Position numbers and translations under genes: made by a program. 64,000 nt of DNA from Octopus vulgaris (Eukaryota): NCBI GenBank assembly GCA_951406725.2, contig OX597821.1, forward strand, positions 3,906,001 to 3,970,000. Direction: 5' to 3'. This document shows, piece by piece, positions 54,516-64,000 of this stretch. Each line of letters starts with the position of its first letter. Positions within the stretch are counted from its first letter, which is position 1. The notes beneath the pieces are model-generated. The model did not search any database. It had not been told where the DNA came from and saw only the letters and a program-made list of their open reading frames with translations.

Positions 54516-55989
54516 TATATGAAGGGGCAGATCAGTTCGATAGAAGACAGGAAGTATACAATCAGGTTGATCCAAGGCACACTTTCTTAATTTTCTGAGC
54601 CGATACCAAATTTGCCTTCTATATTTCTGTACTCGAAAACAAAGTTCCTATACGGTACAGAATTTGATATTCTCTGTGTCTTCCCCCTACCCTCGGAATT
54701 AATCACCTATGTGCAATCTTCAGCCAATAAATATTACTCTATTTTATGAAGCGTATTCTTCGTATTTTGTTAAAATTATAAGGTGTGTTGTAGGAATTTT
54801 GGCTATTATTTTTACTATACCGAGCAGTCATTTTGAGGCTTCCTCATTACCGGAGAAATATCTCGATATGTGATACTCGGTCGAAGATTCAACTTCGTCA
54901 CAATTACGCATCTCATCAATTCTAAACATCAAAGTACCATGCAACTTCCTCTCTAAAATCGGTTTCTTTTGTTCCCTTCTGTAAATTTGCGTTTTATTTT
55001 ATATTGTTTTTCTTCTGCAGTGTAAAGGAGAAAAACGCCTCTACTAAGTTAAAGGCTGGTTTACCTTCAGTCAAGTCATCTTTACTTGACGTAATGCCTG
55101 ACAACACATAACTTCGCACACTGCATTCTATTGTTTCATTTTCCATTCTTTTTGCATTCTTTCATAAACGATAAATTTTAATTCAATTTTTTTTCCTGAG
55201 TATTTGTTTGCATTTTAATATAATCTATCGATTTTTAGTTTGATTCCAGTTTTTTTAAAAGATCTTTTTGTATTTAGGAATGAATTGAATCATTTAAATA
55301 TTTTCAGAAAAACCTGGAATATTGGTAATTAAGATTATTTGAAATTACATTAAGTCACCATATGTTGAATATCAACAGCTTGCTCTTCTAATACTTGGTA
55401 CATTTCATTTCACTTTTCTTGCCATTTATGTTTTCTTCTTGACGTTGTTATTAATTATATTTCATTATTTTAATTCTTATATTCTTTATTTTATTCTCAT
55501 TCATTGATTTAATGTTTATCTCACAACTTCTATCCTCCTTTCTTCCCCCTTAAATGTGTTTAATATCTTTTTGTGATTTATCTCTCATGTTTTTGTTTCT
55601 ACGTATTTGTAGTCTCTTTATTTTTTTTGTATCGCTGTGTTCTGTCTTTCAGATTATTATTTTCTCTTTTATAATTTTCTATATGTTTTAATAGATTTAG
55701 TTATTTTCGTTTTTTTTTTCAAAATTTTAAATTACAGTTCTAAATTACGAGAGAAAATGCCATCTACTTTGCTAGGCGTGACATTTACAGTTTTACTGAG
55801 CTACTTTAACAAACTATTACCTCAAATATGGCTATTTGTGTTCGTTGTAAATGTAATATTAGCAACATTAAAACACCAGCGATAATTTACAAACATTGTA
55901 CAGAAATATGATGCGTGCGGCAGAAATTTTGAGTAAAGCATGCCTATATATTGACACATGAACCTACTCAATGTCGTATATATACATAC

Positions 55990-56060
<71 letters not shown>

Positions 56061-58211
56061 GGTAAATCCCGTGCACTTTATAAAGCAACGTTGAGGATGC
56101 TAAGGACGACTATATTGATTATTGATAGGTGATCGAATACCAGCAACAAGGAGGTATTGGTCTTACTTATAAAAGACGATATTAGAAATAAACTTACACA
56201 TTTGATGCCAACTTCCCCAACATTAAGTTAAAAACTTGCATCAAAATAAATTCATTTTAATCAATGTTGCAAGCGCTAGCTTAAGAATGAAAACTTATTT
56301 TATCAAATTTTCCGTTATTTTCAACAATTATTGAAACAGAAAAGTTTTAACAGAAATTTGGTAAGAAAACGTTTAAGCTATATTCACTTCACCATTCTAG
56401 AGATGCATGAAATTAAAATGAAAGACAGCGTAATTGTTTGAAGTGCAACTAGACACATACAAACAATATTGCTTTTAAATATCTGACCTAATGTAGATGA
56501 TATACGCAGGTAAGAGAACTGCTAGAAATAAATTCTAAATATCCCGCGCATCGTGAATTACAGTTTAAATAAAAGAGATCTCTTGGATAAAGTTATAATC
56601 GACACACAGTTTCTAAATTAGTAAAGTGAGATATACAAGCATAGTACGATTGCAATGATTGTAAATGAAAACAATATTTCAACTGACTTCATTTTGTTTT
56701 ATTTAGCAGTGCTTACGCTGAGTTAAACAACGATAACTTCAAAACAACAACTTGCAAAATAAAGATGAATATTATCTGGTATACCTAGCATTTTCTCACT
56801 CATTCTCTTTCTGATTATTTGCTGCAAGAAGGATAGACTTGATGCTGACTGCGTCAATAACGTCGATGTTAATGATGATGATGTTATAGGCTGTTGTGCG
56901 TTAGAAATGGCGGTCATATCAAAATTTCACAAATCTGATAAATCAGCTTGGTTATCTGCTATGAACTGTTACATGTCATTTTCTTGCACACAATGCAAGA
57001 TTAATGACCAGTTCAAGCATGCGCATGAACTAATGTTAGGATGTATAAATTTGAAAAAAAATTATTCACCTATTTCTTCGATATTCTAGTATTCTCTATG
57101 AACTAGTGATGGCGCTTTTACGTACGTAACCCCACCTTTTTTGCAAGAAATAACATCCAAATATTAGTAAAATAAACCCCGATTGTATAACAAAAAGGAG
57201 AATTTAAATTTACATTGTAACCTTCTCTGTGTCATGTCACATTAAAATTCGATTGCCTTGGGTATCTTCTGAAGTCAACCTGAACAAGTGATATTTATGT
57301 GTAAGTAAGAGCAACAATGATAGCAACTTCAAAACTGGAAAACCAACAATGTAAGTTATAGAAAGCGAACTAGCAACGACCACAGGAGCTACCACAAGGG
57401 GAATAACTGCAACATCACTACATTAACGATAATAGCAACAACAAGAATATTGTTAACTGCTAAAACAGGGACAAATAACAACAACAACATTGGAAAATTA
57501 CTATTAGAATCAAGAGCATCAACAATATCAGAAATAATAACAACCAGAGCAATAGAGGCAATATCGTCATCGGCAACAGAACTAAAATTAACAGACAGAA
57601 CAACAACAACAACGGCAATAACGATAGATTCATTTGCCACTGCTACAAATATGTATAACGTTGATGGGGAGAAGTCTGACAATGTAAAAACAATTTCGAA
57701 ATTCAGCTCACCATGTAAATACGACGGTCACACCAGAAAGAGATATGAGAAGAGCACTCGGCAATCACGAGGTCAAACTGGATATGTGTCTCTTTAGAGA
57801 GCCTTATTTGGACACGAGCCACATAATGGAATTATGTTGACGAAGTCTGTGAAGATTCTCATCGAATTAAATGTATAACGAATGACATATGTTTATGTGG
57901 TCAGTTAGATATAAGCGTATGTATGTGTGTGAGTGAATTTGTGCGTGTTAGTGTGTTTGTGTATGAGTGTCTGTGTGTGTGCGCGTGTCTGCGTGTGTGA
58001 GTATGCTTGTGTGTGAGATTGTGTCTGTGTCTGGGAGTGTATTTGTGTGTGTGAGTGTGTGTAGCTGTATGTCAGCTAGAAAAAAAACTACAAAGACGAA
58101 TAAAGCTGCTAGTAATTTAGGAAGAATGACAGCAATTTTGAAGGGAGACGATTAATTATTGTTGTCAAGGCGTGATATAGTCGTCGATAACATAAAAGCA
58201 TTGTATATCAT

Positions 58212-58787
58212 AACAAAAGCACATACAGAGCGCAAACCTCTACCAAGGCAACACCAGCATCCTCTCAACGATTAGCCAGAGCTGATTTTTAAAATGAGAA
58301 TATCTGAAATAAACTCGACTGTTCTTACCAGCGAGGATACTAAAAATGAACCCGAGCGCTCTCAAAGATTAAGTAAAAAATACGGGGAAAATAATCCAAA
58401 ATCCTTATCCGGTATTTGATGGTAGTCATGGCATGTGGAGGTGGCTGTTGAAAATTTAGTAACAGTAATAAATAGTTTATCCTTATCTAATACAAGCCAA
58501 AGTTAACAAATTCACCATTCAAAATAGTTACAGCGTGAAGGGAGGTAATTGACGTAAGATCAAAATCATGTAAAGTAATATAAATTTAATAAATCATCCA
58601 GAATCTTTGTCCGGTACCAGATCGATACCAAAATCTAATCAGTTCTTGCCGGTCATGGGGCCAATAATCTGTGAAAGTTTCATCCGAATCCATCCAGTAG
58701 TACTTACGATATCTTGTCCAGGGACAAACTAACAAACTAATAAACACGGCTGAAAACAATACCTCCGCCTTCGCTTTGTGAAGATTT
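58212..58787 (+). mobile_element. Possible non-autonomous Helentron/HINE-like element
   Basis: Starts AACAAAAGCAC..GAGCGCAAACCTCTACCAAGG, has an internal duplicated AATCC..TCCGGTA block, a short CAAA-type repeat and ends GAAAACAATACCTCCGCC. The architecture is recalled from HINE-like repeats; the 3' hairpin is degenerate. Confidence 0.4.
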
Positions 58788-59004
58788 TGTAAAGCAGGGA
58801 CAAGATCTGAAATTTAGACAAGAGGATACATGCATGCCAGAAAGCGTAGTAATACTTCACTGGTATTTACTTTTATATGTCAAGAAAGGGCAAGAGGCAA
58901 AATTGACCTTGGTTTGATGTCCACCAAAAATGACACGAAGAAGAATTTCGCAAGAAGGTACTACACAATCAGTTCCATGCAGCCACAACCGAAGTTGCTA
59001 GAAA

Positions 59005-59770
59005 ATATAGGTGTGGTTGGCTGAAGAAAGGAACACTAAAAAAGAGACCGAGAGCTTTGGTTACGAACTGAAGGGTAGACCTTTTGAACGAGCATGTGTC
59101 GTTGCTGTGCCGCATCTGTAATAGAGTAGATGAAACCATTGCCCATATCAGAACGAATGTACTGGATTTTCACAAACCCACTGCAGGCTGTGGCGACACG
59201 ATCAGATAGCAAACGTGCTACCTTGGAGACTGTGCGAAAGGTGGGGACTAGAGGACAGGAAGAGGTGATATGATAACAAAATGCAGAGAGTGACGCAGTC
59301 GTCGACTAACAAAATCATCTGGGATTTTCCAATCCAAACAGATCACGTGCTAGAGCATAACATACCGGATCTGGAGGTGATTGACAAATTGTACCACATG
59401 TGCTATGTAGTTGCATGCACCTTTGACCCACGAATAGTTAAGAAGAAAGGCGAAACAAGTATATAATTTCAACCTTCTTAAGTACAAAATAACCCATCTA
59501 CAGAAAATGAAGAATGCGTCAATTATTGTTGGATCCTTGGGAACACTATAGAAGGTATCAAGTGGAATACAAAGGAAACTGAAATAGAGTACCCAGTAGA
59601 ACTGTTAGAAAAGCTTTTGCCTCTTTAGCACGCCCAGAATAATCAGAAAAATGAGATCGTTGAAACGGACAGTTCCATAGGTTGCAGATAGCAAATCTGC
59701 TACGCATGGAACAATCCAGGAGTTCCAATAAAGCCTGTGATAAAAATACGTTCCTATAACAATAATTATA
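59005..59770 (+). mobile_element. Decayed R4/Dong-type (RLE) LINE 3' fragment, second family
   Basis: WLKKGTL, LCRICNRVDETIAHI, WRHDQIA, IIWDFPIQTDHVLEHNIPDL, VACTFD and IIVGSLGT, ending in a TAA-like tail. Confidence 0.8.
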
Positions 59771-60180
59771 ATCATGTCTAGTATAGGCACGAAGCACAAC
59801 ATTTTGTCGATTTTTTACATCCCAATTCCCAATTGTTTCTTATTTGATCGAGCGAAAGCACGAAAGGCAATGTGACATCAACGGAATTTGATTGTAAAAT
59901 GTAAAATTATGGAGCAACTAGAGCAAGGCTGTTTGATGCTGTTATGATCTGTCAATGCCTCGTCATGAACAGTATTATAATCGAAATCGTTTAAATACAA
60001 ACGTTAGAATGTTAGGGAAGAGCTAAAACATATTAAATTTGTATCTTGATTTGGAATCTATTAGAATGATGTTCTTTCTGATATAATCAAACTGTTTAAA
60101 GTAGTTTATATATTTGAAATGAACTGTTATAATTTCAACAATATTCTGAATGGAACCAACGAAGGAGCTATGGCGTTGAA

Positions 60181-60212
60181 CGTCATAGATTCCAACGATG
60201 GAATCTATGACG
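60181..60212. repeat. Perfect 14-bp stem hairpin
   Basis: CGTCATAGATTCCA-ACGA-TGGAATCTATGACG. Confidence 0.9.
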
Positions 60213-61379
60213 ACGAAGGAAGTCTAGATTAGAGCAACCACATCGTCCTCAAAGCACATCGTAGAGTAGAACGGAATATTGATAATTTTTATCTGCAAAG
60301 TACTATGTTTTGCATAAAAGATATGATGAGCACTGCGGGAATGGTTTTGACCATAATGTCATTCAAGACATGGAACAAAATAGTAAAACGCGAAACCACT
60401 AACTACCACCAACTGTGGTATATCTCAGTCATCAGAAGCCACCGTATCGGTTCGGCTCTGCCAGAAATAACTGCAAAATCGCTCCCAAATCGCAACCAAC
60501 CTCTTAAAATTTTGAAGGATATATTATCTGAGTTAGTGCAGTTTTTATATCACTAAAACCATGCCAAGATGGCTACTGGAGCATGGCTTTGTTTATCTTT
60601 GCACAACCACGCGTATCCCTCGATGCGACATTAAAGAAAGAATTTTAAATTGACACAAGCAGTATTGTAACAAACACTAACAGATTCTTTTCAATAATGC
60701 TCTGTAGAAATAATATTTATTTTCTCTCGATGAATACCTAGTTTATTTAACTGATACTTTAGATTTGTATTATATGATATTTCAATGGTTTCAGATGAAA
60801 TGTTAGTCCCAAAGCAATTGTAAAGTCGTATTTATAATAATAAAATAAACTAAATATTTGTTACTGTATGTTTATCTTTTTCTGGTATACTCACTTTGAT
60901 AGAAAATTCTGGACGTAAGTTTGTTATTATTGAGAGAGATTTTCTGATGGAGATTTTGAAAACAGAGAACCCTATCAGTTAAAATCAAAGCGAATAATAT
61001 CAAAAACTAACAAAATTTCAGACAAAGTTACAAATTTTAGAGAACGGGGTTGGTCGATAAACCGGCTACAGTACCTGACTGGTACATTGTTTTGTCGACT
61101 CCAGACAAATGAAAATAAATTTGAGGTTGTTGGACTTTGAATTCAGATCATTGACGGGAAGAAATAAAATTTTCCTTTTCTGTTTTATATATATAAGGTG
61201 GCCTTCATTATTTTATAAGTTTCACATTAACATTTCGCTAAATCAGCCACAAATGTAACTAGTTAATATACAGAGTGCGATTGGTATTTTTTCGTCAATT
61301 CATATTTTAAATTCGCTCATACGCACGACTACACCGTATGGTAGGGTAAGTTGGACATCGTAAGTGAGAAGAACAGCGT

Positions 61380-61575
61380 GTTGGAGCAATGGCCCAGTGG
61401 TTAGGGCAGCGGACTCGCGGTCGTGAGAACGCAGTTTCGATTCCCAGACCGGGCATTGTGAGTGTTTATTGAGCAAAAACACCTAAGCTCGACGAGGCTC
61501 CGGCGGGTGCTGGTGCTGAACCCCGCTCTACTCTTTCACCACAACTTTCTCTCACTCTTTATTCCTACTTCTGCC
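61380..61575 (+). mobile_element. tRNA-head SINE family C, 5' part
   Basis: A box TGGCCCAGTGG and B box-like GTTTCGATTCC. No acceptor stem; continues into a non-tRNA body. Confidence 0.7.
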
Positions 61576-61937
61576 ACAAACAGAGGAAGCATGGTGTAAT
61601 CCACTATGGTGTGGTAAACCTTCAGACCCTAGTCTAGATTGATAATCCTCTGTACCCCAGGATAGTTCAGCACGCCACACGTTTACGGCGTGGTAGTTTT
61701 CGCGCCCGTGCAACCGCCAATCTATCGCGTGTGGTGGGTGGATCTTCAAGTTGCCACACGCATTCTTAGTAGCTTAGAGTAGGCTCGAATTAGAAATTAT
61801 TCTTTGTGGCTAATGGCATGAGCCCTGATTGGAAGAAGAAGAAGAAGAAGAAGAAGAAGAAGAAGAAGAAGAAGAAGAAGAAGAAGAAGAAGAAGAACAA
61901 CAACAACAACAACAACAATAGCAGCAGCAGCAGCAGC

Positions 61938-62460
61938 ATGACGCTATTCACTATACCAGAAATTTGGAAATGACATACTGTCCTCCTTGACATTTGCACC
62001 GGAAGCTACATTTGGAACAAATTGTGAACACATAGAACATCCATTAGCCTTCCGAGTCCCTAAAACATGAGCCGAGAGTGATAAAAATCTAACATCCAGT
62101 CACCATCATGGTGTTTGAAGTGATTACTAGTGATGGTGACGTTATGCCGCCATTCATCTTCCCACACCACCTCAAACTCAACACAGAGGCCTACATCAAC
62201 ACTCTGGAGGAGGTAATGATGCCCTTTTTCAAATGGATTGCTGCTAGAAGACTTTGTCTGTCAAAAGGAATCTGCAGCATGCCACACAAGCAGCAAAACA
62301 CAATCACAGCTATCAGACAATTTCTGTGACCACATCACCCTTAACATCTGGCCAGCTAACTCCCCAGACTGCAAACCTCTTGATTATTATGTGAGGGGTA
62401 CAGTTGAGCGAGAGTCCAACAAAACTCCTTGTAACAAAAAAAACATGAACTGCAAGCTAG
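61938..62460 (+). mobile_element. Tc1/mariner transposase remnant, DD37D (maT-like)
   Basis: MVFEVITSDGDVMPPFIF..(QK)ESAACHTS..WPANSPDCKPLDYY, with 37 residues between the second acidic position and the final D. Frameshifted and internally deleted. Confidence 0.8.
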
Positions 62461-63019
62461 GGAAAATGTTTTTTATTTTTCGTGAAAAACCGACGTATAA
62501 TCGAGAAAGCCTAAAATCGAAACGAATTAAGCCGGGGTATGCCTGTATATATATGAACGTATATAATATATAAATAAGAGGGAAAATTAACAGAGAAAAT
62601 GAAAAAAACTTGACGGTTGATTGGAAAAATGGAGGTTGAAAGAAAGGGAGATAATGATTTAAAAAGGGGATGAATGAAAGGGAGATAATAAAGTGCTAGT
62701 GATCCCAAAAAGAAAAAGCCTATGTGCGTGTGTGTATATGTGATAATGGTGAGTGAGATATTAAGGGTGAGTGACTCCGACATGTGAGAATGTATAATTT
62801 TTGACGTGTATGTGTATGTTGTGTGCTTTTTCATGTGGTGTGTGCATATGTCTGCGTGTATCTGTATGTTGCTGTCACCAAACAATGTGCATGAGTGTGG
62901 TGTATATATGTGAGCTAAATTTCTCTTTGTCTATTATGTTGCGTGTTTCGTGTGTAGGTATATATAACTTGTGTTCAGGTGTTACGTGCTTGTGTCGGTG
63001 TAGGATGAAGTGGTAAGCG

Positions 63020-63600
63020 ATGAGTTGAAACAGAATTCTCAACGACGTGGTTGTCACTGCAGAGCCTGCAAATAGGGAGGAATTTGGAACGGGTGATGGA
63101 GAGCTTGGTGAGGGTTGGGTGAGAGAAGGAGACGTTAATATAAGAGTGTGAGTCAGTGTGTTTGCAGTGGATAGAGGGAATGAAAATGGAGTGGTGTATT
63201 GTGATAGAAATGTCGAGAAATTAGACGGAAGAGTTAGAAATAGTACAGACATATTTGGGGGCAGAAGGGGATTGCACAAAAGAGAGGAAGGAGTCAAGTT
63301 GTTCGCGCAAGACTGATGTTACGCCGATGCAGAATTGTGAGAATCGTTGTGCCTCAACGTAGCCAACGAACAGGTTCGCTTAATTGGGGGCCTTTTTCGT
63401 TCTCATGGCCAGTCGCGAGACTTGTTGGTACAAATCCCATGCGAAAGAGAAGCAGTTAAGGGAGAGAACATGTTCGGCCAGACGAAGAAATGTAGAGGGG
63501 TCAGGTGGGGGCTCAGGTCGAAGGGCCAGAAAGTGTTTCAACACCAGGAGTCCGCGTTCTGTGGGATCACCGTATATAAACTCTTGATATCAAGGGCTTT
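63020..63600 (-). mobile_element. Decayed Penelope-like RT fragment (second family)
   Basis: Minus-strand pieces LDIKSLYTVIP, LRLAEHVLSLNCFSF..YQQ..AM..PN*ANLFVGYVE, FLDISI and KHTDSHSYI..SHP..RLCSD. Confidence 0.8.
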
Positions 63601-63639
63601 CAATTTCCTTCAAAGGCACAAGATATTGGAAGGCGTAAG

Positions 63640-63742
63640 GGAATACTAGAAGACAGTTGCCCAACGTGACCTGTAGTGAGACTGAACCCAGAATTATGTG
63701 GTTGAGAAGAACGCTACTTACCGCACAACCACACCTGTACCG
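63640..63742 (-). mobile_element. SINE family B head fragment
   Basis: AGAAGAC..TTGCCCAA..GACTGAACCC..ATGTGGTT..CTACTTACC..CAACCAC. Confidence 0.6.
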
Positions 63743-63814
63743 CTGTATAGTTATTTATTTAATTATCGACATGCATGTGCGAGTGTGCACATATATATAT
63801 ATATACATATATAA

Positions 63815-63917
<103 letters not shown>

Positions 63918-64000
63918 TTCCTTCTCGAGCCATGCCTGGCGTATAGCCTTGGCGTATAGGCTTCCCATCTGGACGGGACGCTGGTCCGTCGCAGATGAGC

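Noticed and set aside
57450-57797. 115-aa Thr/Asn-rich ORF as a host exon
   Set aside because: It derives from decayed (CAA)n sequence, with no splice or homology support.
61380-61460. tRNA gene
   Set aside because: A and B boxes are present, but the acceptor stem does not pair and the sequence continues as a SINE body.

Overview
AT-rich, microsatellite-dense eukaryotic intronic or intergenic DNA. The SINE families look like those of octopus genomes (recalled, not searched). No host protein-coding gene can be supported; most ORF-track entries are translations of (TA)n, (CA)n, (TAGA)n or triplet repeats. All recognisable coding DNA is transposon-derived: a near full-length decayed CR1/L2-group LINE (~8011-12182; CCCH-finger ORF1, APE-RT ORF2), two other fragments of that clade, two R4/Dong-type RLE LINE fragments, an RTE fragment, Penelope-like RT and GIY-YIG pieces, a DD37D Tc1/mariner remnant and at least three tRNA-head SINE families. 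The most notable signals are at the RNA level: (i) two well-formed minimal type I hammerhead ribozymes (13595-13655 and 51312-51356, minus strand) plus several degenerate ones; (ii) six long inverted repeats, several next to or containing hammerhead-like cores, one with a 14-bp TSD; (iii) a SINE/LINE pair sharing a 3' tail with a compensatory stem-loop; (iv) a 71-bp inverted repeat covering a splice donor next to a TACTAAC acceptor; (v) a possible exonised antisense LINE tail. Boundaries were read by eye and are approximate unless a TSD is given.
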